Positions 7,534 through 16,076 of a DNA stretch of 29,534 nt are shown one piece after another. Under the pieces are notes generated by a model, which was not told the origin of the DNA, searched no databases, and was given only the letters and a program-made list of their open reading frames with translations. The translations under genes and the position numbers were made by a program. Numbering within the stretch: position 1 is the stretch's first letter; every line of letters begins with the position of its first letter. Source of the DNA: Eubacteriales bacterium (GTDB taxonomy: Bacteria > Bacillota > Clostridia > Oscillospirales > CAG-272); contig JBGVJO010000174.1 in the NCBI GenBank assembly GCA_045129535.1, positions 1 through 29,534 of the forward strand. Direction: 5' to 3'.

Positions 7534-8080
7534 TTCCCTCTCCGCTTGGGTGATCCCCTTGGTGGTGCTGCTCGCCGCCCTCCCTATGCTGTCCCGCAAA
7601 AAGGATTATTTCGCCGCCTTTGTCACCGGGGCGAAAAACGGACTTGCCGCCGCGGTGCGGCTTCTGCCGGTGATGGTTGCTTTAATGACGGCCCTCTCTA
7701 TGCTGGAAGCCAGCGGGGCGCTCACCTATCTGAGCACATGGCTTGCCCGTCCCGCCGCCGCTTTGGGTATTCCCGCCGAGCTGATTCCCCTCCTCCTCAC
7801 CCGTCCCGTATCCGGCTCTGCCTCCACCGCCGCTTACGCTTCCCTTTTGGATCGCTACGGCCCCGACAGTTTCGTTTGCCTGTGCGCCTCCGTGCTGATG
7901 GGCTCCTCCGACACCTTGATCTACATCCTCTCCGTGTACTTTTCCGGTACGGCCATCACACCGGGCGGCGGTGTACGCAAGACCCGCCACGCCTTTCCCG
8001 TGGCGATTCTTGTGATGCTTCTTTGTGTTTTTCTGTCCTGTGCTATAACGCGGCTCTTTTTTTCGGAGGGCATCGCATAG
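7523..8080 (+). CDS. spmB: Spore maturation protein B
   Basis: YFAAFVTGAKNG, LIPLLLTRPVSGSAS, YGPDS, VLMGSSDTLIYILSVYF; GTG start overlapping the spmA end. Confidence 0.92.
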   Translation: MRIDSLSAWVIPLVVLLAALPMLSRKKDYFAAFVTGAKNGLAAAVRLLPVMVALMTALSMLEASGALTYLSTWLARPAAALGIPAELIPLLLTRPVSGSASTAAYASLLDRYGPDSFVCLCASVLMGSSDTLIYILSVYFSGTAITPGGGVRKTRHAFPVAILVMLLCVFLSCAITRLFFSEGIA

Positions 8081-8135
8081 CGCCCGACTCCCCGGTTCAT
8101 ACTAATGGGGAAATAAAGCAACGGAGGAAACCAGA

Positions 8136-8417
8136 GTGCGCGGGAGTGAGAAAAAGATTATCTACGTGAAGGATACGGGAAGCAAGATTTTCGAGGAAGC
8201 TTATTTCGTGATCCGCCGGGGAGTGGATGGGGAGGACAGCCGCCCCTCGGAAAACGATATGGTGCGGGAGGCCACGCGGATCGTGGCGCAAAACGGTGCC
8301 GAATATCCTGCCGCCCGCCGACGCCGACGGTTACGCGAAAAAATTCTGTCCTTTCTGGCCGGAGCGGCGGCCGCCACCTCGGTATTTGGCGGCGTGTGGC
8401 TGCTCAGCCTTTTGTGA
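8136..8417 (+). CDS. Small conserved hypothetical protein with C-terminal membrane helix
   Basis: RBS ACGGAGG, GTG start; KKIIYVKDTGSKIFEEAYFVIR pattern I recognise from clostridial hypotheticals; hydrophobic C-terminus. Confidence 0.7.
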   Translation: MRGSEKKIIYVKDTGSKIFEEAYFVIRRGVDGEDSRPSENDMVREATRIVAQNGAEYPAARRRRRLREKILSFLAGAAAATSVFGGVWLLSLL

Positions 8418-8727
8418 CGGTCACAGTGTACACAAAAAAGTCACACTTTGTTCATAGCCGTCGGGGAGAAAACGGAAAGCTTCATTGGTATAATATAGTT
8501 GAGATATTGTGTCCGTTTTTTCGCAGAACATCGCCCGTTTGCGAGTGTCTGCACTGTTTTCATACATCAAAACCGCATATCACACACATTCGGCTGTTTA
8601 TCCGTTATCGGTCCCGCCGCCCTCGGGTTCCGCAGGATATTCCATAGCGTACGCGTCTCGGGCCGCCATGTGTGGGGTTCGTTTTTTGCGGCCATATATC
8701 TACATAGGACAAAGAAAGGATTGCTTT

Positions 8728-10401
8728 ATGGCAAAAAAACAAAACAACACCAAGCTCCGCGTTATGATGCTGGGTGGCTTGAACGAGATCGGCAAAAATA
8801 TCGCCGTTTTGGAATACGGTAACGATATCATCATCGTGGACTGCGGTCTTGCATTCCCCGACGATGATATGCTTGGCATAGATCTGGTTATACCCGACAT
8901 TTCTTATCTGGAAAAGAATGCGGATCGGATCCGCGGTATTCTTCTGACCCACGGTCACGAGGATCACATCGGCGCGCTCCCCTACGTGCTCCGCTCCATC
9001 AATCCGCCCATTTACGGCACCCGCCTGACTCTGGGCATTCTGCAGAACAAGCTGGCAGAACAGCGTCTGCCCCATAAGGTGAAGATGAATACGGTTTCTG
9101 CCGGTGACACGGTGAAGCTGGGCGCGTTCTCCGCGGAATTTATCCGGGTGAATCACTCCATCGCCGACGCCTGCTGCATCGCTATCACCACCCCCGTGGG
9201 CGTAGTGCTCCACTCCGGTGACTTTAAGATTGACGTCTCCCCCATCGACGGCGATATGATCGATCTGACCCGCATCGGCGAATACGGTAAGAAGGGCGTG
9301 CTTCTCTTTATGTGCGAGTCCACCAACGTGGGCCGCGCCGGATTTACCCCCTCCGAGAGAAAGGTCGGCACCTCCCTGGATCTGATCTTTATGAATAACC
9401 CCACCAAGCGGGTGATCGTAGCTACCTTCTCCTCCAACGTACACCGCGTACAGCAGATCATCAATTACAGTGCCAAATACGGCCGCAAGGTGGCCATTAC
9501 GGGACGCAGCATGCTGAACGTGGTGGGCGCCGCCGTGGAGCTTGGCTATATGACCGTGCCCGACAAGGTGCTGATCGACATCAGCGAGATCGGTCGCTAC
9601 AAGCCCAATCAGATCACCATCATCACCACCGGCTCCCAGGGTGAGCCCATGTCCGCTCTGTACCGCATGGCATTCTCCGATCACAACCAGGTGGAACTCA
9701 CCTCCGGTGATTTGGTGGTGCTGTCCTCCCACGCCATCCCCGGCAACGAAAAGCTGGTAGGCAACATCATCAACGAAATGTACCGCCGCGGCGTGAACGT
9801 ATATCACGAGGATGCGGAGGTTCACGTATCCGGACACGCCTGCCAGGAGGAGATCAAGCTTCTGCACGCACTGGTGAAGCCGAAATACTTTATGCCCATC
9901 CACGGCGAATACAGTCACCTGATGCAGCATAAGGAACTGGCGGAATACATGGGTATGAATCCGAATCACATCTTCGTGTGCGATATCGGTCAGGTATTGG
10001 AATTGGACGGCAAGAACTGTAAGAAAAACGGAACCGTGCCTGCCGGCCGGGTTCTGGTAGACGGATACGGCGTTGGTGACGTAGGCAATATCGTCCTCCG
10101 TGACCGCCGCCATCTGGCACAGGACGGTCTGATCGTGGTGGTAGCCACCGTGGATACGGACACCCGCACGCTTCTCTCCGGTCCCGACATCATCTCCCGC
10201 GGATTCGTGTACGTTCGTGAATCCGAGCAGCTGATGGATGAGGTTCGCCAGATCGCACGGGATTCCCTGATGGAAACCATCGATGCGGGCGTCACCGAGT
10301 GGACCCAGATGAAACAGAATATCAAAGACGATCTGTCCAAGTATCTGTACAGCAAGACTAAGCGCAAGCCGATGATCCTGCCTGTCATTATGAACGTCTG
10401 A
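8728..10401 (+). CDS. rnj: Ribonuclease J
   Basis: LGGLNEIGKN, LTHGHEDHIG (metallo-beta-lactamase motif), HSIAD, HSGDFK, TFSSNVHRVQ, TGSQGEP, HVSGHA, PIHGE; start at ATG 8728 after the RBS GAAAGGA. Confidence 0.97.
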   Translation: MAKKQNNTKLRVMMLGGLNEIGKNIAVLEYGNDIIIVDCGLAFPDDDMLGIDLVIPDISYLEKNADRIRGILLTHGHEDHIGALPYVLRSINPPIYGTRLTLGILQNKLAEQRLPHKVKMNTVSAGDTVKLGAFSAEFIRVNHSIADACCIAITTPVGVVLHSGDFKIDVSPIDGDMIDLTRIGEYGKKGVLLFMCESTNVGRAGFTPSERKVGTSLDLIFMNNPTKRVIVATFSSNVHRVQQIINYSAKYGRKVAITGRSMLNVVGAAVELGYMTVPDKVLIDISEIGRYKPNQITIITTGSQGEPMSALYRMAFSDHNQVELTSGDLVVLSSHAIPGNEKLVGNIINEMYRRGVNVYHEDAEVHVSGHACQEEIKLLHALVKPKYFMPIHGEYSHLMQHKELAEYMGMNPNHIFVCDIGQVLELDGKNCKKNGTVPAGRVLVDGYGVGDVGNIVLRDRRHLAQDGLIVVVATVDTDTRTLLSGPDIISRGFVYVRESEQLMDEVRQIARDSLMETIDAGVTEWTQMKQNIKDDLSKYLYSKTKRKPMILPVIMNV

Positions 10402-10409
10402 TAGTACGG

Positions 10410-10437
10410 TGCGGCGGGCCTCCCGCCGCATCTTTTT
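10410..10437 (+). terminator. Intrinsic terminator or attenuator after rnj
   Basis: TGCGGCGGG-cct-CCCGCCGCA followed by TCTTTTT. Confidence 0.65.
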
Positions 10438-10480
10438 ACTTTATTACGAAAGGAATCGGGCACTTGCCCGGAGTTTTCCT

Positions 10481-11725
10481 ATGACGACGGAACTTCTTTC
10501 TCCCGCGGGAGATTTTGAAAAACTGCGTGCCGCCATCCGCTACGGCGCGGATGCGGTCTATTTGGCCGGAGAGGCCTTTGGTATGCGTGCGGCATCCGCC
10601 AATTTCACAAACGAGGAGCTCTCCGAGGCCGTATCCTACGCCCACGAGCGGGGCGTAAAGATCTACATAACGGTCAATATTCTTCCCCGCACGAAGGAAT
10701 ACGAGGCACTTCGCCCCTATCTGATCTTTTTGGAATCCATCGGGGTGGACGCGGTGATCGTATCCGATTTGGGTGTGTTCACCCTGGTACGGGAGGTGGC
10801 GCCCAAGCTGGCCATCCACATCTCCACCCAGGCGTCCTCCGTTTCCGCCCAGGCGTGCACCGCCTGGTACAAGATGGGTGCCTCCCGCGTGGTGCTGGCC
10901 CGAGAATTGAGCATGGCGGAGATACGGGAAATCCGGGAAAATACACCGCCGGAATTGGAATTGGAGGCCTTCGTGCACGGCGCTATGTGCATCGCCTACA
11001 GCGGCCGCTGCCTGCTCTCCAACTATTTCACGGGACGGGATGGCAACCACGGCATGTGCGCCCAGCCCTGCCGCTGGAATTACAATGAACTGGTAATCAC
11101 CGAGGAAAAGCGCCCCGACGACCGGGTTCACGTGATCGAGGATCACGGCGACACCTTTGTGATGAGCTCCCGGGACACCTGCATGATCGAGCACGTGCCG
11201 GAATTGATCGAAGCAGGCATTACCTCCTTCAAGATTGAGGGACGGGTGAAGAGCGCTTATTACACCGCGGTGGTGACCAACACCTACCGTATGGCCATCG
11301 ACGCCTACCTGGCCTCCCCGGAAAACTACGTATACAATCCTTTGTGGATGCGGGAGTTGTGCAGTGTAAGCCACCGTGAATACCACACGGGCTTCTATTT
11401 TACCCCGCCCCACGAGTCCGCCAACACCGTCACCGCCCCCGGCTATATTCGGGAGAAGGCCTATTTGGCCATCGCTGCCACGGACAGCGATGAAAATGGC
11501 TACGCCACCTTCATTCAGCGGAATAAGGTGATTGCGAACGCTCCTATGGAGCTGCTGACCCCCGGCAAGGTGGGCATTCCCTTTGTGGCGTCCGATATGA
11601 CAAACGAAGCCGGGGAGGCAATCGAATCCGCCCCCCATCCCATGATGCGCTTCACCATGCGCACCGACGTGCCCGTGCGGGCCGGTGATATCGTGCGTGC
11701 CGGTGACGCGGAAGCTGATTTGTGA
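10481..11725 (+). CDS. Peptidase U32 family protein (TrhP-like, probable Fe-S tRNA hydroxylation factor)
   Basis: ELLSPAG, GADAVY, HISTQAS, VVLARELS, HGAMCIAYSGRCLLS, CAQPCRW, KIEGRVKS; start at ATG 10481. Confidence 0.9.
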   Translation: MTTELLSPAGDFEKLRAAIRYGADAVYLAGEAFGMRAASANFTNEELSEAVSYAHERGVKIYITVNILPRTKEYEALRPYLIFLESIGVDAVIVSDLGVFTLVREVAPKLAIHISTQASSVSAQACTAWYKMGASRVVLARELSMAEIREIRENTPPELELEAFVHGAMCIAYSGRCLLSNYFTGRDGNHGMCAQPCRWNYNELVITEEKRPDDRVHVIEDHGDTFVMSSRDTCMIEHVPELIEAGITSFKIEGRVKSAYYTAVVTNTYRMAIDAYLASPENYVYNPLWMRELCSVSHREYHTGFYFTPPHESANTVTAPGYIREKAYLAIAATDSDENGYATFIQRNKVIANAPMELLTPGKVGIPFVASDMTNEAGEAIESAPHPMMRFTMRTDVPVRAGDIVRAGDAEADL

Positions 11726-11732
11726 GGTATTT

Positions 11733-12572
11733 ATGGATTTTTTGATTGAGCTTTTGAAGGTGATCCTCCTCGGTATCGTGGAGGGCATCACCGAATGGCT
11801 TCCCGTGTCCAGCACGGGCCATATGATCCTGGTGGAGGAGTTGGTTTCCCTCCGTTTGAGCGAGGATTTTATGGAAATGTTCCGCGTGGTGGTACAGCTG
11901 GGTGCGGTGTTGGCCGTGGTCGTGCTGTACTTCCGCAAGCTGTTCCCTTTCACGAGGGATAAATCCCCCGCCGAGGTAAAATCCTGCTTCCGTTTGTGGG
12001 GAATGATCCTCATCGCCTGCGTTCCCGCGGCGGTGATCGGCGTGCTCCTGGACGACTGGCTGGACGCCCATCTGTACAACTACGTCACCGTGGCGGTGAC
12101 GCTGATCGTATACGGCATCGCCTTTATCCTGATCGAAAAACGAAACAAAAACCGCACCGCCGCCATTGCAACGGTGGACGAGATCGACTGGAAGTCCGCC
12201 CTCAAGATCGGGCTGTTTCAGGTTCTTTCCCTGATCCCCGGCACGTCCCGCTCCGGCTCCACCATTCTGGGCGGTATGCTGTGCGGCGTGTCCCGTCCGG
12301 CAGGGGCTGAATTCTCCTTCTTTTTGGCTATCCCCGTGATGCTGGGCGCCAGCTTTCTGAAGCTGCTGAAATTCGGCTTTGATTTCTCCCTGTGGGAGAT
12401 CATCATCCTGGCGGCCGGTACGCTGGTGGCGTTTATCACTTCCCTTGTCGCCATCCGATTCCTCGTTTCCTTCGTGCGCCGTCATTCCTTTGCCGTATTC
12501 GGCTACTACCGTATCGTTCTCGGCATTTTGGTGCTGGGATATTTCCTCGTGAAGAATGGCGTATTCGCATAA
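11733..12572 (+). CDS. uppP: Undecaprenyl-diphosphate phosphatase
   Basis: GIVEGITEWLPVSSTGHM, IPGTSRSGSTILGG, AEFSFFLAIP; multi-pass hydrophobic; RBS GAGGT. Confidence 0.96.
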   Translation: MDFLIELLKVILLGIVEGITEWLPVSSTGHMILVEELVSLRLSEDFMEMFRVVVQLGAVLAVVVLYFRKLFPFTRDKSPAEVKSCFRLWGMILIACVPAAVIGVLLDDWLDAHLYNYVTVAVTLIVYGIAFILIEKRNKNRTAAIATVDEIDWKSALKIGLFQVLSLIPGTSRSGSTILGGMLCGVSRPAGAEFSFFLAIPVMLGASFLKLLKFGFDFSLWEIIILAAGTLVAFITSLVAIRFLVSFVRRHSFAVFGYYRIVLGILVLGYFLVKNGVFA

Positions 12573-12596
12573 TTCATAAAAAAGGAGTTTTGCTCC

Positions 12597-13775
12597 ATGA
12601 GTAAGACGTGTAAATATTTCGGCAAGTGCGGCGGATGCCAGACACCCAATCTGGACTACCCCGCCCAGCTCAGCCTCAAAATGCGCAAAATGATCTCCGC
12701 CATGGGACGGATGTGCCACGTGGACGAGATCGTGGGGATGGAGGATCCCTATCACTACCGGAACAAGGTGCAGGCAGCCTTTGGCCGTCAGAGCGGCCAC
12801 ACGGTCTGCGGCATCTATCAGAGCGGCAGCGGGCGGATCATCCCCGCCAAATCCTGCCTCCTCGAGGATGAGCGGGCCACCGCCATCCGCTTGGCAGTGC
12901 AGAAGCTGGCACAGGAGATGTCCCTCACCATCTACAATCCGAAAAACGGACGGGGTCTGCTCCGTCACGTGATGGTGCGGGTATCCCGGGCCACCTCCCA
13001 GGCGATGGTGGTGCTGGTAACGGGCACCTCCCCCTTCACGAAAGCCCGCGCTTTTACGGAGGCGCTGATTGAGATGCGCCCCGACATCACCACCGTGGTG
13101 CAGTGCATCAACACCACCGACGTGGCGCTGTTCATGGACGGACGGGAAACCGTTTTGTACGGCAGCGGATTTATTGAGGACGTGATCGGCGGCATCCGCT
13201 TCCGTGTGTCCGCCAAATCCTTTTTGCAGATCAATCCCACCCAGACGGAAAAGCTCTACGGACTGGCCCTGGAAAACGCGGGCTTGACGGGCAAGGAAAC
13301 GGTGCTGGACGCCTATTGCGGCGTGGGCACTATGTCCCTGTTGGCGGCAGGACGTGCCAAGCGGGTGATCGGCGTGGAGATCAATGAATCCGCCGTGGAA
13401 AATGCATCGCAGAACGCGGCCCTCAACGGAATCCGCAACGCGGAATTCCACGCGGCGGACGCGGGAGAGCATATGAACAATCTGCTCCGCCAGCGCACCA
13501 AGGTGGACGTGGTACTGGTAGATCCGCCCCGTGCGGGATGCTCCGAAAAGTTTTTGAAGTCCCTCATCCGGCTCTCCCCGGAGAAGATCGTGTACGTATC
13601 CTGCAATCCAGACACGCTGGGCCGGGACGCCATCACCCTGCGGAAGGGCGGATACCGCGTGGAGCGCGTCACCCCCGTGGACATGTTCCCGTTTACCACG
13701 CATGTGGAGAGTGTCGTGAAGTTTTGTAAACCAAAGGAGAGTCCCCTCTATGAAAATCCTAAAGAAAATCGGTAA
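12597..13775 (+). CDS. rlmD: 23S rRNA (uracil-C5)-methyltransferase, RlmD family (no N-terminal TRAM domain)
   Basis: CxxxxxCGGC Fe-S motif, YRNK, SFLQIN, LDAYCGVG, VDPPRAG, YVSCNP (catalytic Cys), DMFPFTTHVE. Confidence 0.88.
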   Translation: MSKTCKYFGKCGGCQTPNLDYPAQLSLKMRKMISAMGRMCHVDEIVGMEDPYHYRNKVQAAFGRQSGHTVCGIYQSGSGRIIPAKSCLLEDERATAIRLAVQKLAQEMSLTIYNPKNGRGLLRHVMVRVSRATSQAMVVLVTGTSPFTKARAFTEALIEMRPDITTVVQCINTTDVALFMDGRETVLYGSGFIEDVIGGIRFRVSAKSFLQINPTQTEKLYGLALENAGLTGKETVLDAYCGVGTMSLLAAGRAKRVIGVEINESAVENASQNAALNGIRNAEFHAADAGEHMNNLLRQRTKVDVVLVDPPRAGCSEKFLKSLIRLSPEKIVYVSCNPDTLGRDAITLRKGGYRVERVTPVDMFPFTTHVESVVKFCKPKESPLYENPKENR

Positions 13776-14709
13776 AATCCTCGCCATTGTGCTGGCATCC
13801 CTTCTGGCTTTGGTGGTGCTGGTGCTGGGCGGGCTGAATATCGCAAAATTCTTTATTTACGATGATTATTACGAGGCCGAGACCGCTTTGTGCCGGAATC
13901 CCGGTCTGAATGACGGCTTCGTTTGCCAGGGCATCGCCGCCGTGGACGGGGAGGATCGGATTCTTGTATCCGGCTATATGGCGGACAAGAGCCTCTCCCG
14001 CATTTACGTAACCACACTGGACAGCGACTCCTATTATGTGACGCTTCACTGTAACGGAGAGCCCTACACGGGACACGCTGGCGGCATCGCTGTTTCCGGA
14101 GATATGGCCTACATCGCCAACGGCAGCAAGATCTTCTCCTTCCCTCTCGGTGACGTGTTGGATGCGAAAAACGGAGACAGCGTAAACATCGGCTCGGGCA
14201 CGAAGATCAATAACAAGGCCTCCTTCCTCTACACGGACGACACGTATCTGTACGTGGGTTCGTTCATTGACGACAACACCAAGCGGGTGGAGGAGCACAT
14301 CTTTGACACGGCGGAGGGCACCCACTACGCCATCTGCTCCGTCTATGCGATCGGAGATCTGTCTGCACCGGTGCGGATCTATTCCATCCGGAATCTGGTA
14401 CAGGGCATCTGCTTTACGCCGGACGGCAAGGTGGTCATGTCCACCTCCTGCGGACTGAACAGCTCGGGATACTACGTCTACGATCTCGCAGACGCCACCG
14501 ATTCCGGGAAAGTACTGGACGGTGCGCCGGTATATTATCTAGACAAGCTGCAGGAGAAGACAGACGGTCCTGCCATGGCGGAGGGACTGGATTTCTACAG
14601 TGGAAAAATCATCACTCTGACGGAGAGCGCGTCGAACAAATACATATTCGGCAAATTCTTCTTCGCGAACGATATCGTCAGCCTGGATCTGAGAGAACTG
14701 GCGGATTGA
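13750..14709 (+). CDS. Membrane-anchored or secreted hypothetical protein, probable beta-propeller
   Basis: Positively charged then hydrophobic N-terminus; repeated beta-strand blocks (VCQGIAAV, HAGGIAVS, LVQGICFT, MAEGLDF); RBS AAGGAG; 26-bp overlap with rlmD. Confidence 0.75.
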   Translation: MKILKKIGKILAIVLASLLALVVLVLGGLNIAKFFIYDDYYEAETALCRNPGLNDGFVCQGIAAVDGEDRILVSGYMADKSLSRIYVTTLDSDSYYVTLHCNGEPYTGHAGGIAVSGDMAYIANGSKIFSFPLGDVLDAKNGDSVNIGSGTKINNKASFLYTDDTYLYVGSFIDDNTKRVEEHIFDTAEGTHYAICSVYAIGDLSAPVRIYSIRNLVQGICFTPDGKVVMSTSCGLNSSGYYVYDLADATDSGKVLDGAPVYYLDKLQEKTDGPAMAEGLDFYSGKIITLTESASNKYIFGKFFFANDIVSLDLRELAD

Positions 14710-14713
14710 GAAT

Positions 14714-14752
14714 AGAAAAAGAGGCTGTTGCTTTCGCAACAGCCTCTTTTCT
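14714..14752. terminator. Bidirectional terminator (copy 2 of the conserved hairpin)
   Basis: AGAAAAAGAGGCTGTTGC-tttc-GCAACAGCCTCTTTTCT between convergent genes. Confidence 0.85.
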
Positions 14753-14762
14753 CATGAGAACG

Positions 14763-15887
14763 TTATTTGTTGGCAAGCCCCTGTAACCACTCGACTGCAT
14801 CTTTGTAGTAATCCTCATTTCGTACGCTGTTAAACCACGCCCATCGGGGGTTGGTGAGGAGATTGAGGATGACCTCCGGAGAAGCATACACCTGGATTTG
14901 CCCCGATCCATATATCCGATGAATTTCTCCATCCGGGGATTGCATATGGATCCACTTTTTATCCACGCGCAAGCCACCGAACAGGGCCGCGCCCGTATCC
15001 AGATATTCCTCCGTCAAGTTATGGAAACGCTTCAGTTTCTCCACGGCAGAGAGGAATTCCGCCTTACCGGCGTCAGCCTTACCCATGCCAAACAGACAAG
15101 CGGCATAGACCAGCTGCTTATAGGCGTACATGGCCAGCCATCCGTCGGGAATTTCCCCGTCCGCACCAAACGATGCGATGGTGTCCATCACACTCTTATG
15201 ATAGGCCGCCTTGGCGGCAGGGCCTGCTTTATCGGGATAGCGCATATCCAACAGATTGGCCATAAACTCCAGATTGCGCTGAGACAGGCACAACTTCTGC
15301 TTTTCCGTATCCGGCCGGGCGGCATAGCGGAAGATCATCAAACTGCGCCGATTGTTATTCGTATGATACGGCACCAGCTTCAGCCATTCTTCCAGATCGC
15401 ACTCGTCACAGGCACGCACCATACAATGGATGGCTGTATGCCGGTACTGCACATCCTCCAGCAGTTTTTCCGCCGTGCTACGCAGAAGCGCGTAGTATTT
15501 GTCCCGGTTCTCCGGATGCACAAGGATATGATTGCTCAACGCCTCACACAGAAGCTGAGCATACCAGTGATTATCCGGATATCGACGGCAGTATTCCCGG
15601 ACAAATTCAATCTTCTCTTCGCTGGGCTCTTCATACTGTTTGTATTTCTCCCAGAATCGTTTCCGTTCTTCCTCCTTACCCTGCGCATCGTTGCCCAGAA
15701 TCGCATCCACCGTCACACCGAAAAAATTGGCAATGGCGGGCAGCTGTGTAATATCCGGATAGCCGTAGGCGCACTCCCATTTGGATACGGACTGGGCACT
15801 GACACCCAATGCATCCGCCAAGGCTTCCTGGGTAAGATCTCGGTCGCGGCGGAGCCGTTTGATATTTTGTCCAAAATTCAGTTCCAT
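14763..15887 (-). CDS. XRE/Cro-CI family HTH transcriptional regulator with a large helical C-terminal domain
   Basis: FGQNIKRLRRDRDLTQEALADALGVSAQSVSKWECAYGYPDITQLPAIANFFGVTVDAILG; start at ATG 15887 after the RBS AGGAGA. Confidence 0.9.
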   Translation of the reverse strand: MELNFGQNIKRLRRDRDLTQEALADALGVSAQSVSKWECAYGYPDITQLPAIANFFGVTVDAILGNDAQGKEEERKRFWEKYKQYEEPSEEKIEFVREYCRRYPDNHWYAQLLCEALSNHILVHPENRDKYYALLRSTAEKLLEDVQYRHTAIHCMVRACDECDLEEWLKLVPYHTNNNRRSLMIFRYAARPDTEKQKLCLSQRNLEFMANLLDMRYPDKAGPAAKAAYHKSVMDTIASFGADGEIPDGWLAMYAYKQLVYAACLFGMGKADAGKAEFLSAVEKLKRFHNLTEEYLDTGAALFGGLRVDKKWIHMQSPDGEIHRIYGSGQIQVYASPEVILNLLTNPRWAWFNSVRNEDYYKDAVEWLQGLANK

Positions 15888-16037
15888 ATATTTCTCCTGT
15901 GATTGTATTTGCGACATGGGCCCCTGTCTGAGTATAGTATAGCACAGGGATTTACCGAAAACAATAACCGCGTATTTGCGCCGCGCTCAACCAAATGGAT
16001 ACTTTTCCTACAGATAGGATAGAAACATACAGAAAAC

Positions 16038-16069
16038 AAGAGGCTGTTGCTTTCGCAACAGCCTCTTTT
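16038..16069 (-). terminator. Terminator of the adhesin gene (copy 3 of the conserved hairpin)
   Basis: AAGAGGCTGTTGCTTTCGCAACAGCCTCTTTT, identical to 14719-14750. Confidence 0.85.
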
Positions 16070-16076
16070 ATGTTAG

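Noticed and set aside
8605-13787. Long minus-strand ORFs (608, 547, 711 aa) opposite rnj, U32, uppP and rlmD
   Set aside because: Antisense shadows of clearly identified GC-rich genes; no motifs or RBS support.
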